The notes under the pieces are model-generated. The model made no database searches. It was not told where the DNA came from and saw only the letters and a list, made by a program, of their open reading frames with translations. 64,000 nt of DNA, taken from NCBI GenBank assembly GCA_902578675.1, contig CACHDV010000001.1, forward strand, positions 24,065 to 88,064, in the 5' to 3' direction. Every line of letters begins with the position of its first letter. The first letter of the stretch is position 1. This document shows, one piece after another, positions 39,281-49,236 of this stretch. The DNA comes from an uncultured Alphaproteobacteria bacterium. GTDB lineage: Bacteria; Pseudomonadota; Alphaproteobacteria; Thalassobaculales; Thalassobaculaceae. The position numbers were made by a program, and so were the translations under genes.

Positions 39281-39961
39281 ATGTTGAAAATTGCACTAAT
39301 TACAATTGCCCAAATATTTGAACCATCGTTGCGCCAGATATTTGCCAAGTCACTTTTGATATCTTTGGTAAGCATTATGGCATGTGGTTTATTAGCTTGG
39401 GTACTGTTAGGAAAGTTTGGATTACTTGGATTTGGGTTCCTCGATACATTTCTTCCTTGGATCGGCGGTGCACTCATAGCCTTGATCGGTTTTGTGTTTT
39501 TTCCATCCACGATAATGGTTATTGGTAGTCTATTTTCCGACGAAATAATCGCAAGCATCGAAGAGAAGCATTACCCAAACAATATTGGTACTAATCGCGT
39601 ACCAGTGCTAACCTCTATCAGAACAGGTCTTACACTTATAATAATTGCAACAATTATTAATATTTGTCTTTTGCCTTTTTACGCACTTGGGATGTTGCTG
39701 CCGGGATTGAGCTTCGTTATTTACTATTTAGGAAATGGTTATTTGATTGGGCGAGAGCTATTTGAGAACATTGCTCAAAGACACCTTCCGGTTAATGAAG
39801 CTCGAAAACTCAGAAAACGCTATTTTCTTAAAATATTGTTGGGGGGAGGTCTTATTACTTTCGTCGCAACCATCCCTTTTATAAACTTAGCTACGCCATT
39901 ATTCGGCATCGGGTTTATGGCACATTTATACCACAAATTTCATTCAGAAACCCGGAAGTAA
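39281..39961 (+). CDS. EI24/CysZ-like integral membrane protein
   Basis: 226 aa, 4-5 TM. Sequence character matches the EI24 domain family (GYLIGRELFE..R region). Confidence 0.7.
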   Translation: MLKIALITIAQIFEPSLRQIFAKSLLISLVSIMACGLLAWVLLGKFGLLGFGFLDTFLPWIGGALIALIGFVFFPSTIMVIGSLFSDEIIASIEEKHYPNNIGTNRVPVLTSIRTGLTLIIIATIINICLLPFYALGMLLPGLSFVIYYLGNGYLIGRELFENIAQRHLPVNEARKLRKRYFLKILLGGGLITFVATIPFINLATPLFGIGFMAHLYHKFHSETRK

Positions 39962-40402
39962 ATGGTATCGGCACCCTTCAAACAAGTTTTTCTACTCGTT
40001 TGTTTGATCGCAATTTCCGGTTGCAGACAAACGTTAACCAGTGACACACCACCTAGCACTGAAAAGCCTACGGCAAAAATTGTCGCAAATAAAGCTCCTC
40101 AAAATTCATATTCACGTACTGCGCCTGCAACTAACCAAGAAGCCAGAAACCAAATCGCCAATGTCTCTCCAAAAGAGTTAATCGATGCCAGCAGAGAGGA
40201 AGTAATCGCAAGATTGGGTGTGGCCTCGTTAATTCGTCAAGAACGACAAAGTTTGACCTTACAGTTCCAAAAAGACAACTGTGTTCTTGATGTTGTGCTT
40301 TACGGTAACAAACAAGAAAAACGTGTTAAGTTTATTGATTTGCGCGATACCGACGGTAATCCCGCATCTCCAGAAAAATGCTATGTGAAATTCAGGAATT
40401 AA
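39962..40402 (+). CDS. Hypothetical lipoprotein (146 aa)
   Basis: Signal peptide with lipobox ISGC, followed by a Pro/Thr/Ala-rich linker and a globular C-terminal domain. The ATG directly abuts the stop of the preceding gene. Confidence 0.55.
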   Translation: MVSAPFKQVFLLVCLIAISGCRQTLTSDTPPSTEKPTAKIVANKAPQNSYSRTAPATNQEARNQIANVSPKELIDASREEVIARLGVASLIRQERQSLTLQFQKDNCVLDVVLYGNKQEKRVKFIDLRDTDGNPASPEKCYVKFRN

Positions 40403-40404
40403 TA

Positions 40405-40914
40405 ATGGGAGAGAATTTCGATCTAAGCCCAAATTGTAATATTGATACATCAGTACCCAATAAAATCTCTATAAGATTACGACCGCAAGTTGCTTTATTT
40501 CGAACAGAAACAAAAGTAGTACTTTTGTTGTTAATTTTTTTCAGCTGGGTAATAGGGGGTAGTTTTCTTCTTTTAGGGGCATGGCCTGTCTTAATATTTC
40601 TCGCTGTTGATATCATGTTAATTTACTATTTTTTAAAGAGAGGTAGTTCCAACGTGGCGGATTGGGAGGAGATTGATATACAAAGTAGGGAACTGATAGT
40701 GCGGAAAGTACGAAATTCAAAATGTTTTAAAGTGTTCAATATTCCAACATATTGGTCAAGGGTGGAACTTACCGGCCAAAGGTATGGTAGGAGCAAGTTA
40801 ATAGTTTGCTTTCGTAATAATTACTCCGAAATTGCTAGTTTTCTAGACTGGAAAAGCAAAGTCAAATTGGAACGATATCTTAATTTTGAACTCCATAAAC
40901 TTAGAGAAAAATAA
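40405..40914 (+). CDS. DUF2244-like membrane protein (two-TM hairpin + cytoplasmic domain)
   Basis: LLLGAWPVLIFLAVDIMLIYYFLKR hairpin and YWSRVEL segment resemble DUF2244 proteins. The ATG lies 2 nt after the preceding stop. The longest ORF (40378) overlaps upstream. Confidence 0.7.
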   Translation: MGENFDLSPNCNIDTSVPNKISIRLRPQVALFRTETKVVLLLLIFFSWVIGGSFLLLGAWPVLIFLAVDIMLIYYFLKRGSSNVADWEEIDIQSRELIVRKVRNSKCFKVFNIPTYWSRVELTGQRYGRSKLIVCFRNNYSEIASFLDWKSKVKLERYLNFELHKLREK

Positions 40915-40935
40915 TGGAAAACTGGGATGAAAAGT

Positions 40936-41748
40936 CTAGCTCTTTATTCCTAGAACGTCCTTCATTGAATACATTCCTGGGGATTTATCTCTTACCCATA
41001 GACCAGCCGTTACGGCACCTGCAGCATAAATGCTACGATCGCTTGCTTTGTGATGTAGTTCTAGACGCTCACCAGTGCTAGCAAACATCACAGCGTGTTC
41101 TCCGACAACCGCTCCACCTCGAAGCGCGGAGAAACCTATCTCGCCTTTTGTCCTTACGCCAACAACACCTTCTCGAGAAAGGGTAGCACTATTCTTAAAA
41201 TCAATACCTCTTCCCATTGCTGCGGCTTCTCCAAGAGTCAACGCCGTGCCAGATGGAGCGTCGACTTTGTGTTTATGGTGAAAATCCAGTATCTCTATAT
41301 CGAAGTTATCGTCCAGCGATCGTGCGACCTGCTCAACGAGCGCGAACAACAAGTTTACGCCAAGGCTCATGTTTGAAGCAAACACTACCGGGATTTTTTC
41401 GCTTGCAGCCCGCAAAATTGCCTCTTCCTTTCCGGAAAGTCCGGTTGTTCCCACAACCCAGGGTTTTTTTTGATCAACCGCTGCCTCAGCCAACTCTTCT
41501 ATCGCTTCTGGAAGTGAGAAATCGACCACAACATCTGCATCGGCAAAACATGCCTTTGGGTTGTCTGTCATAGCTACGCCAATGGGCTCGATCGATGCAA
41601 GTGTGCCCAGGTCAGTACCCACCAAGTTGCTTCCGGTTCGGACTAGTCCAGACGTAACCATTGTCGTGTCACGACCGAGAATATCTTTAAGGATCATCAC
41701 TCCCATTCTGCCGCCAACGCCAGCAATTCCAATATTCAATTTCGACAT
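40936..41748 (-). CDS. dapB: 4-hydroxy-tetrahydrodipicolinate reductase
   Basis: 270 aa with IGIAGVGGRMG N-terminus and HHKHKVDAPSGTAL motif. Confidence 0.94.
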   Translation of the reverse strand: MSKLNIGIAGVGGRMGVMILKDILGRDTTMVTSGLVRTGSNLVGTDLGTLASIEPIGVAMTDNPKACFADADVVVDFSLPEAIEELAEAAVDQKKPWVVGTTGLSGKEEAILRAASEKIPVVFASNMSLGVNLLFALVEQVARSLDDNFDIEILDFHHKHKVDAPSGTALTLGEAAAMGRGIDFKNSATLSREGVVGVRTKGEIGFSALRGGAVVGEHAVMFASTGERLELHHKASDRSIYAAGAVTAGLWVRDKSPGMYSMKDVLGIKS

Positions 41749-41932
41749 GTTTCATACCTCCATGCAAACAGGTTCAGATTTCGTAGAACTCTCGTCTTTC
41801 AGCCAGGTTTTTTATTTTTCCATAAAAACAAGCTACCTGAAAACATTTTCTGTTGTTCTGCTCGAATAATTTTCAGGAATTAGCTTCCGGATTGGCTTTC
41901 CTTATAGTACTGTTTCTATTCACTATTTTAAG

Positions 41933-41944
41933 TCGATATATCGA
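41933..41944. promoter_or_regulatory. 12-bp palindrome TCGATATATCGA 18 nt upstream of padR (candidate autoregulatory operator)
   Basis: Read directly from the sequence. About 16 perfect 12-bp palindromes are expected by chance in 64 kb, so only its position is suggestive. Confidence 0.25.
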
Positions 41945-41961
41945 ATATACAGGACATTTAT

Positions 41962-42495
41962 ATGAAACTTGATATTTTTTGCTTAGGGATTCTCTTGGAA
42001 CGAAATTACAGCGGTTACGAAATTCATAAAGTGATAAATACAACACTGGCGCACCTTAGACAAGCTAGTTTTGGCGCCCTTTACCCGGCCCTCAACCGGC
42101 TACAGGCAAAAGAGTTTATTTCAAGTGAAGCTATAACTGAGGATCATTTGAATGACGGTTTAGGTAAAAAAGTTTTTGCGATCACCGATAAAGGACGGGC
42201 ACATTTCAAGGCAGAAATTAAAAAAATTACCGCCGCTGAAGTGGTCAATTCCGACTTTCTTTCCGCATTACATTTCTCGAATAATTTGACTCCAATTGAG
42301 GTATCAACGTTAGTTGATGAGCGGCTAGCTGATCTCCAAAAAGAGCAACGTAGACTTTTGCGGCTGCCTACTAAAGAGGTATCGGAGGGTCAGCGCTTCG
42401 CCATTCGCTATACTTTAAGTCAAATTTCGGCAGCTGTAACGTTTCTAAAGGGCGAAGGGAGGGCCATTCAGACGTTGATGAGCAAACAGCACTAG
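41962..42495 (+). CDS. PadR family transcriptional regulator
   Basis: 177 aa with winged-helix N-terminus (ILLERNYSGYEI...GALYPALNRL) and a C-terminal helical dimerisation domain. Confidence 0.85.
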   Translation: MKLDIFCLGILLERNYSGYEIHKVINTTLAHLRQASFGALYPALNRLQAKEFISSEAITEDHLNDGLGKKVFAITDKGRAHFKAEIKKITAAEVVNSDFLSALHFSNNLTPIEVSTLVDERLADLQKEQRRLLRLPTKEVSEGQRFAIRYTLSQISAAVTFLKGEGRAIQTLMSKQH

Positions 42496-42613
42496 CACTA
42501 CCTTTTTCTTGTTTAAAAACAATATTTTAGGCTGAGTTGCGCGCCCGACTGAACGTAATTTAAATAAAACTTTGTAAGTAGTGCTATATAAGTTACAAGA
42601 TGGTCTGATTTAT

Positions 42614-43732
42614 TTACAAATCGGTCCAAAGGTCTTTGACCTTTGCAAAAAACCCTGTTGCCTCGGGGCTCGTTTTAGGATTTTCCGTTTCGGCAAACTG
42701 TTCAAGCAGCCCTTTTTGTTCTTTGGTCAAATTGACAGGGGTTTCTACAGCAGCTTCGACATACAAGTCGCCCATATCTTTCCTGCGTAAGATCGACATT
42801 CCCTTTCCTCTCAACCGAAATTGAGTTCCAGATTGAGTTCCCGGTTTAATTGATATTCTCGCCCTTCCGCCACCTAAGGTTGGCACTTCTATTTGACCCC
42901 CTAGGGACGCGGTACTCATCGCTAATGGAACTCGGCAGTAGATGTTGGCGCCGTCTCGCTTAAAAATTGGATGATCCTTTATTGATAGAAATATGTACAA
43001 ATCACCAGTAGTGCCATTTCTAGGACCCGCCTCACCTTCACCACTCAGCCTTATTCTAGTTCCTTCTTCCACCCCAGCTGGAATTGTAACCGATAGAGTT
43101 TTTTCCTTTTGGACCCGACCCGATCCTCTGCAAACCTTACAGGGGTTCGCGATTATCTCGCCAACCCCCCCGCATGCGCTACATGTTCTTTCAACGGTGA
43201 AGAATCCTTGCTGCGCCCTTACTCGACCTTGCCCACCGCAGGTCGGGCAAACCGTGGGTTTTGATCCTTTTTCTGCACCAGTTCCCATACATGGGTCGCA
43301 CGACACTGCCGTAGCAACTTGTATCTCCTCCTGTTTACCGCTAAATGCTTCTTCCAATGAAATTGACATATTATAGCGAAGGTCGGATCCACGATTTGGC
43401 GAGCGCCCACCACTTCGCGAGCCCGTAATGTCACCAAACATTTGATCAAATATATCGGAAAAACCTGACGCAAACCCTTGCGGGCCTTGCCCACCACCCA
43501 TGCCGCCTTCAAATGCTTCGTGGCCAAATTGATCATACGCCGCGCGCTTCTGATCGTCTTTTAAGACATCATACGCCTCGTTCACTTCTTTAAAAGATTT
43601 TTCAGCGGCTGGATCGTCTGGATTCCGGTCGGGATGATACTTCATCGCCATTTTTCTAAAAGCTGATTTGAGTTCAGCCTCGCTGGCGTTGCGATTAACT
43701 CCGAGCAGCTCGTAATAGTCTTGCTTAGCCAT
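42614..43732 (-). CDS. dnaJ: Chaperone DnaJ
   Basis: J-domain YHPDRNPD, a G-rich linker and four CxxCxGxG zinc-finger repeats. Confidence 0.97.
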   Translation of the reverse strand: MAKQDYYELLGVNRNASEAELKSAFRKMAMKYHPDRNPDDPAAEKSFKEVNEAYDVLKDDQKRAAYDQFGHEAFEGGMGGGQGPQGFASGFSDIFDQMFGDITGSRSGGRSPNRGSDLRYNMSISLEEAFSGKQEEIQVATAVSCDPCMGTGAEKGSKPTVCPTCGGQGRVRAQQGFFTVERTCSACGGVGEIIANPCKVCRGSGRVQKEKTLSVTIPAGVEEGTRIRLSGEGEAGPRNGTTGDLYIFLSIKDHPIFKRDGANIYCRVPLAMSTASLGGQIEVPTLGGGRARISIKPGTQSGTQFRLRGKGMSILRRKDMGDLYVEAAVETPVNLTKEQKGLLEQFAETENPKTSPEATGFFAKVKDLWTDL

Positions 43733-43754
43733 GCGTAACGCCCTTAATACCTTT

Positions 43755-43779
43755 ATGGGCGCCTAATTTTAGCGCCCAT
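43755..43779 (-). other. GC-rich hairpin in the dnaK-dnaJ spacer (possible attenuator or mRNA stabiliser)
   Basis: ATGGGCGC-ctaatttta-GCGCCCAT, an 8-bp stem with a 9-nt loop. On the transcribed (minus) strand it is not followed by a U-tract. Confidence 0.5.
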
Positions 43780-43818
43780 TTTTACTGATCTAGTTACATA
43801 CTTAGATATGGTCTGCTC

Positions 43819-45759
43819 TTAAGCTGACTTTTTATCGTCCTTATCGTCTACTTCCTCAAAATCGGCATCAACGACTTCGGCATCTGTTTCAGATCCCTGT
43901 CCCGGGCTCCCTTCACCCGGATTGTCAGCGTCAGGAGCTGCTTGCCCTTCCTCCTGTTGCGCCTTGTACATTGCCTCACCAAGCTTCATAGAACCTTGTT
44001 GCAGCGCCTCCATTGTCGATTTAATTTGCGCAGCGTCATCACCAGATATAGCAGCTTTAGCGTCTTCGATGAGTCTTTCAATTTCGGTTTTCTCGGAAGC
44101 ATCTATTTTCTCGCCAAAGTCCGTTAGCATCTTTTCAGTTGAATGGATTAGTTGTTCGGCTTGGTTTCTTGTTTCTACCATTTCACGACGTTCTTTGTCA
44201 GCCTCAGCGTTTTGTTCCGCTTCGTTGATCATTTTTTCAATATCTGCATCTGATAACCCTCCGGAGGCTTGGATTCTAATCTGCTGCTCCTTGCCCGTGG
44301 CTTTGTCCTTAGCTGATACGTTGACTATACCATTAGCGTCTATATCAAACGTTACTTCGATTTGTGGAACACCGCGGGGTGCGGGTGGGATACCTTCCAA
44401 ATTAAACTCGCCCAAAACCTTATTATCCGCAGCCATCTCACGCTCACCTTGGTAAACTTTTATTGTAACGGCACCTTGGTTATCATCTGCCGTTGAAAAA
44501 ACCTGGCTCTTTTTAGTTGGAATGGTTGTATTTCTATCTATAAGACGTGTGAAAACACCGCCTAATGTCTCAATACCCAAAGATAAAGGTGTCACGTCGA
44601 GCAGAAGAACATCCTTTACATCGCCTTGCAACACACCCGCCTGGATACCAGCACCCATTGCAACAACTTCATCTGGATTAACACCTCTATGTGGCTCCTT
44701 CCCAAAGAAATTGTGAACTGTTTCTATGATTTTAGGCATACGGGTCATACCGCCCACCATTATCACTTCGTCAACTTCACCTGCACTTAAGCCCGCATCC
44801 TTAAGCGCAGCCTTACACGGTTCAACGGTTCTAGTGACAAGGTCTTCTACAAGCGCTTCCAACTTCGCCCTGGTCAATTTTATATTGAGGTGCTTCGGTC
44901 CGCTTTGATCAGCTGTTACAAAGGGAAGGTTCACTTCTGTTTGCATCGAGCTGGAGAGTTCCATTTTAGCCTTTTCTGCCGCCTCTTTCAGGCGTTGCAA
45001 CGCAAGCTTATCGGTACGTAGATCAATTGCGTTATCCTTTTTGAACTCATCTGCTAAATAATCGATAATACGGTGGTCAAAGTCTTCTCCACCTAAAAAT
45101 GTATCCCCGTTGGTTGATTTTACCTCAAAAACACCATCGCCAATTTCTAAAATGGACACGTCAAAGGTTCCACCGCCAAGATCATACACTGCGATTGTTC
45201 CGTTATTCTTCTTGTCAAAGCCATATGCAAGCGCAGCTGCGGTTGGCTCATTAATGATCCTAAGAACCTCAAGACCAGCAATTTTTCCGGCATCTTTAGT
45301 AGCTTGTCTTTGTGCATCATTAAAGTAAGCAGGAACAGTGATAACAGCTTGGTCGACAGTACTCCCAAGGAATGACTCTGCGTCTTCCTTTAATTTCCTT
45401 AAAGTGAAAGAAGAAACTTGACTTGGGCTGAACTTTTCATTGTTTGCTTCTACCCATGCGTCGCCATTTTCTCCCGGCACTACCTGGTAAGGCATCAGTT
45501 CGGCGAACTTTTTTGCATTGTCGTCGTCGTGGCGTCGGCCAATTAGTCGTTTGATAGCAAATAGCGTATTCTCAGGATTAGTTACAGCTTGCCGTTTTGC
45601 CGCCTGACCGACTAACCTCTCGCCTTCGTCTGCAAAAGCTACCATTGACGGCGTAGTCCTTGAGCCCTCCGCATTTTCAATAACTTTGGGATCTTTCCCA
45701 TCCATAAACGACACACACGAGTTAGTCGTACCAAGATCTATACCGATTACCTTAGACAT
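43819..45759 (-). CDS. dnaK: Chaperone DnaK (Hsp70)
   Basis: 646 aa with [10 protein letters not shown] and DLGGGTFD motifs and an acidic C-terminus. Confidence 0.98.
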   Translation of the reverse strand: MSKVIGIDLGTTNSCVSFMDGKDPKVIENAEGSRTTPSMVAFADEGERLVGQAAKRQAVTNPENTLFAIKRLIGRRHDDDNAKKFAELMPYQVVPGENGDAWVEANNEKFSPSQVSSFTLRKLKEDAESFLGSTVDQAVITVPAYFNDAQRQATKDAGKIAGLEVLRIINEPTAAALAYGFDKKNNGTIAVYDLGGGTFDVSILEIGDGVFEVKSTNGDTFLGGEDFDHRIIDYLADEFKKDNAIDLRTDKLALQRLKEAAEKAKMELSSSMQTEVNLPFVTADQSGPKHLNIKLTRAKLEALVEDLVTRTVEPCKAALKDAGLSAGEVDEVIMVGGMTRMPKIIETVHNFFGKEPHRGVNPDEVVAMGAGIQAGVLQGDVKDVLLLDVTPLSLGIETLGGVFTRLIDRNTTIPTKKSQVFSTADDNQGAVTIKVYQGEREMAADNKVLGEFNLEGIPPAPRGVPQIEVTFDIDANGIVNVSAKDKATGKEQQIRIQASGGLSDADIEKMINEAEQNAEADKERREMVETRNQAEQLIHSTEKMLTDFGEKIDASEKTEIERLIEDAKAAISGDDAAQIKSTMEALQQGSMKLGEAMYKAQQEEGQAAPDADNPGEGSPGQGSETDAEVVDADFEEVDDKDDKKSA

Positions 45760-45824
45760 AAAAACCTCTTCTCAAGACCGATCTAAACGCTCAATCTTAT
45801 TCTTTTTTGTTAACTACGAAGCGT

Positions 45825-45853
45825 ATATAGTTATCTCAATACACATCTGCAAG
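45825..45853 (-). promoter_or_regulatory. Candidate RpoH (sigma-32) promoter of dnaK
   Basis: The minus strand reads CTTG-N18-ACTATAT. The alphaproteobacterial heat-shock consensus is CTTG-N17-18-CYTATNT. Lies about 65 nt upstream of the dnaK ATG. Confidence 0.4.
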
Positions 45854-45975
45854 TTCTTCAGAGAAGAATAATTTTATTTATTGGATGATTCGACTAATTT
45901 TGGGAAACTTAGGACCCAACAGTTTATTGGCAACCCTAGTTACTTAGGTTTTCAGATTGTTCTATAAATCCCAAC

Positions 45976-46623
45976 CTATACCTTGGTATCCACACCAACA
46001 TCTTTCTTTCCGCCTTTCGCGGCAGCTACGCCTACCATGGCAGGCCTTAAAATGCGGTCTTCAATAGCATAACCAGGTTGCAGGACCTGAACTACTATAC
46101 CTGACTCCTTATCCGTTTCCTCAACTTCAAACATTGCCTGATGAAAATTGTAATCAAATTTTTCGCCCAAAGGATCAATTTTTCGAATATTGTTGTTTTC
46201 AAAGGCTTTTTGAAGCTCTTGTTCGGTCATTTGTATTCCAAGAACCAAATTCTCTATTGCCTGATCCTCGACATCCTCCTTGGCAGGGGCGGCATCAAGT
46301 GCTCTTCCTAGATTATCAGCTATTGAAAGCAGATCCTTCGCAAAATTTGCGATTCCAAACTTTCGTGTCTGTTCTTTCTCTCTTTCTAACCTTTTTCTAA
46401 GATTTTCACTATCGGCTACCGTTCGCAATAACTGATCTTTAAGCTCTGATATCTTAGCCTCGAGTTCGTCTAAACTTTTCGATGGCTCATTTACCTCGCC
46501 TTCTTCATGATTGTGAAGATCAACAGGTTCTTCCTGGCTTGTTTCTTCCTCGACTGTCCCCTTGTCGAGTTCTAAATCTTCAGTTTCTTTTTCTTCATTC
46601 ATGGTTTGCTTTGAACTATCCAT
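45976..46623 (-). CDS. grpE: Nucleotide exchange factor GrpE
   Basis: 215 aa with an acidic N-terminus, a coiled-coil and a C-terminal beta domain (QPGY..DRILRPAMV). Confidence 0.93.
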   Translation of the reverse strand: MDSSKQTMNEEKETEDLELDKGTVEEETSQEEPVDLHNHEEGEVNEPSKSLDELEAKISELKDQLLRTVADSENLRKRLEREKEQTRKFGIANFAKDLLSIADNLGRALDAAPAKEDVEDQAIENLVLGIQMTEQELQKAFENNNIRKIDPLGEKFDYNFHQAMFEVEETDKESGIVVQVLQPGYAIEDRILRPAMVGVAAAKGGKKDVGVDTKV

Positions 46624-46656
46624 TAATATGTTTAAATTTATACTAGCGCTACCAGT

Positions 46657-46685
46657 ATATAAGTATTCGCATGCGGTGACGCAAA
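46657..46685 (-). promoter_or_regulatory. Candidate RpoH-type promoter of grpE in the hrcA-grpE spacer
   Basis: The minus strand reads TTTG-N18-CTTATAT. The -10 matches CYTATNT at 7 of 7 positions and the -35 at 3 of 4. Confidence 0.3.
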
Positions 46686-47735
46686 TTAATCTAGCATTTT
46701 TCCTATCAGCTTAGACGTGTAATCAACTACTGAGATTATTTTCGCGTAATTCATGCGGACTGGGCCAATAACACCCAAAGCCCCAACAATCTTTCGTTTT
46801 TCATCATGATAGGGCGCAATAATCATGGAACACCCGCTGTGCTCAAAAAGATAGTTCTCTGAGCCAATAAATATTTGCACTCCCTCTGCCTCTCTTGTGG
46901 CGTCAAGTAAATTCACTACACTTTCTCTCCGTTCTAAAGCATCAAATAAAGTCCTTATACGTTCAAGACCCTCTATAGCGTCAACTTCCTGGAGCAGATT
47001 TGACTGACCCCGGAGGATTAAAGAGCCTCCTTCCTCCCCTCCTGCCCATGACGCTAGGCCGTCCGCAACAACTTTGTTTGTGAGAATATCAAGTTCTGTT
47101 TTTTGCTCCTTTATTTCTTGCAAAATTTGCGCTCTCGCTTCGGCAACTGTCGAATTTGATAACCTCGTGTTTATGTAATTTGTTGCCTGAACCAAAGCTG
47201 ATGCCGGCAATCCTAGCGGAAGATCTATCACTCTATTCTCAACAATCCCTGTGTCGGAAACCATAACAACAAGAGATCTTCCATCCCCTAATGGAACAAA
47301 CTCTAGCTGACGCAGTGGTGCGTCTGTTTTAGGAGAAATGACTAAGCCGGCACATTCACTTAGCCCAGATAAAGCTGAACTCGCTTCCTCTAGCACCTTG
47401 GGAAACGAGCGCCCATTTAAAGAACATCTTTCCTTGATGCCACTCATTTCGTCCTGAGACAATTCTCCCCTTATCTCAAGTAAGCCATCTACAAATATTC
47501 TCAGCCCTAAGTCTGTAGGCAGCCGCCCAGATGATGTATGTGGCGAGAAAAGAAGGCCCATATCTTCTAATGCAGCCATGACACTTCTTATTGACGCAGA
47601 GGATAGATTGGCCCCCATCAACTTTGAGATAGTTTGTGACCCTATTGGCTCTCCAGAAACTAAAAATGAGTCAACGATATGCTGAAAAACAGCTCTAGAT
47701 CTCTCATCGAGGGTTTTTATTCCAGCTATAGCCAT
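46686..47735 (-). CDS. hrcA: Heat-inducible transcription repressor HrcA
   Basis: 349 aa with N-terminal winged helix (LDERSRAVFQHIVDSFL..GEPIGS) and a GAF-like C-terminus. Classic hrcA-grpE arrangement. Confidence 0.93.
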   Translation of the reverse strand: MAIAGIKTLDERSRAVFQHIVDSFLVSGEPIGSQTISKLMGANLSSASIRSVMAALEDMGLLFSPHTSSGRLPTDLGLRIFVDGLLEIRGELSQDEMSGIKERCSLNGRSFPKVLEEASSALSGLSECAGLVISPKTDAPLRQLEFVPLGDGRSLVVMVSDTGIVENRVIDLPLGLPASALVQATNYINTRLSNSTVAEARAQILQEIKEQKTELDILTNKVVADGLASWAGGEEGGSLILRGQSNLLQEVDAIEGLERIRTLFDALERRESVVNLLDATREAEGVQIFIGSENYLFEHSGCSMIIAPYHDEKRKIVGALGVIGPVRMNYAKIISVVDYTSKLIGKMLD

Positions 47736-47877
47736 GATCCCAAAATAAAACCGAGGCTCAGTAACGTCAACTTGCTAGATAAATAGAAAAATATTTTAAA
47801 ATTCTTTCACATACCTAAAAACGTGACTAATTTATATTTTTTAAGTGATCTAGTTCCCCGTCCGGAGATTCCGCATA

Positions 47878-48612
47878 ATGGTTGTAGAAATAAAGAGACC
47901 TTCTGGCCGCAAACACAACGAGAAACGACCTGTCTCTGCAGAGATCGGGTTTTCAAAATATGCAGAAGGATCTTGTTTAATTAGATTTGGCGATACGCAT
48001 GTACTTTGTACGGCGACCGTTGAAGAGCGTGTGCCGCCGTTTTTGAGGGGCCAGGGTATAGGCTGGATTACCGCTGAGTATGGCATGCTTCCGAGGTCTA
48101 CACACACTCGAACAGATCGAGAAGCGGCGAGGGGGAAGCAAAGTGGACGAACACTTGAGATACAGCGACTAATCGGAAGATCTTTGAGAGCTGTGACAGA
48201 TACAAAAGCTCTTGGAGAGCGGCAAGTCCGTATTGATTGTGACGTAATACAAGCCGACGGAGGAACGAGAACCGCTGCTATCACTGGAGGTTACATAGCC
48301 CTTTATTTAGCTCTGAAAAACCTGGTTTCAAAACAAGTACTCCACCGGGTTCCCCTTTCCGACCAGGTTGCAGCAATATCTTGTGGCATTTATAAAGGGT
48401 ATCCAGTTTTAGATTTGGATTATTCAGAAGATTCATCAGCAGAAGCAGATTGTAATTTCGTTTTGACTGGTGCTGGTGGAATAATCGAAATCCAAGCTAC
48501 CGCCGAAAAAGAACCTTTTAGTTCAAGCGTTTTCGATGAACTAACCGACTTGGCTAAATGTGGCATAGCTGAACTTGTGCGTCTTCAGAAAACAGTTTTG
48601 AACATAGGATAA
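47878..48612 (+). CDS. rph: Ribonuclease PH
   Basis: RPSGR..LR N-terminus, with [15 protein letters not shown] and [14 protein letters not shown] motifs. Confidence 0.96.
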   Translation: MVVEIKRPSGRKHNEKRPVSAEIGFSKYAEGSCLIRFGDTHVLCTATVEERVPPFLRGQGIGWITAEYGMLPRSTHTRTDREAARGKQSGRTLEIQRLIGRSLRAVTDTKALGERQVRIDCDVIQADGGTRTAAITGGYIALYLALKNLVSKQVLHRVPLSDQVAAISCGIYKGYPVLDLDYSEDSSAEADCNFVLTGAGGIIEIQATAEKEPFSSSVFDELTDLAKCGIAELVRLQKTVLNIG

Positions 48613-48620
48613 TTTGAGTA

Positions 48621-49235
48621 ATGAACGAAGCAGGGTTTTCAAAACTTGTTGTCGCGAGCCATAATGAGGGAAAGATAAAAGAGATTGGCGATCTACTTCT
48701 GCCCTTTGGCTTGGATGTGGTTGCCGCCCCAGATCTTGGGTTAATTGAACCTGCCGAAATAGAAAAGACTTTTGTTGGTAACGCCATTTTAAAGGCAAGA
48801 GCAGCAGTTGAAATCTCCGGCCTACCTGCTATCGCCGATGATTCTGGCTTGGAGGTTAGTTCTCTTGAGGGAAAGCCGGGCATCTTTTCCGCTAGATGGG
48901 CTGGCCCGAAAAAAGATTTTTATATGGCTATGAAAAAGATTAATAACAAACTCAAAGCGGCAGATCGAAGAGCGAAGAGGAAGGTCTCCCGTTCTGCAAG
49001 ATTTGTTTGTGCGCTCGCGGTAGTTTGGCCAAACGGAAAAACTGAGAGCTTTGAGGGGACAGTGCATGGGGATTTATGCTGGCCACCCAGAGGAGAAAAG
49101 GGTTTTGGCTACGATCCAATATTTTTACCAAGGACAGGGTCTCAAACGTTTGGAGAAATTGAACCAGAACTGAAACACGCGATGAGTCATCGCGCAGAAG
49201 CGTTTCAAAAATTAACAAATTCGCTCTTTCGTTAA
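48621..49235 (+). CDS. rdgB: dITP/XTP pyrophosphatase (RdgB/HAM1 family)
   Basis: [17 protein letters not shown] and GFGYDPIF motifs. Confidence 0.92.
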   Translation: MNEAGFSKLVVASHNEGKIKEIGDLLLPFGLDVVAAPDLGLIEPAEIEKTFVGNAILKARAAVEISGLPAIADDSGLEVSSLEGKPGIFSARWAGPKKDFYMAMKKINNKLKAADRRAKRKVSRSARFVCALAVVWPNGKTESFEGTVHGDLCWPPRGEKGFGYDPIFLPRTGSQTFGEIEPELKHAMSHRAEAFQKLTNSLFR

Positions 49236-49236
49236 G

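Noticed and set aside
42493-42586. CIRCE-like half sites TAGCACTAC ... GTAGTGCTA downstream of dnaJ, resembling the arms of the HrcA operator TTAGCACTC-N9-GAGTGCTAA.
   Set aside because: The arms are 76 nt apart instead of 9 and match the consensus only partly. A 9-bp inverted repeat within about 100 nt is expected some 20 times by chance in 64 kb. The site lies at the 3' end of the operon rather than at a promoter. I also saw no canonical CIRCE in the hrcA, grpE or dnaK upstream regions, consistent with HrcA acting at groESL elsewhere in the genome.
43922-44455. 177-aa ORF antisense to dnaK. Similar long antisense ORFs lie opposite hisF (55678-56172), hslU (59690-60187), mtaB (29445-29918), rph (47850-48284) and leuC (22457-22870).
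   Set aside because: These are shadow ORFs opposite highly conserved genes with strong codon bias. Their products are low-complexity Ser/Ala/Ile-rich sequences with no recognisable family, and the sense-strand genes explain the sequence fully.
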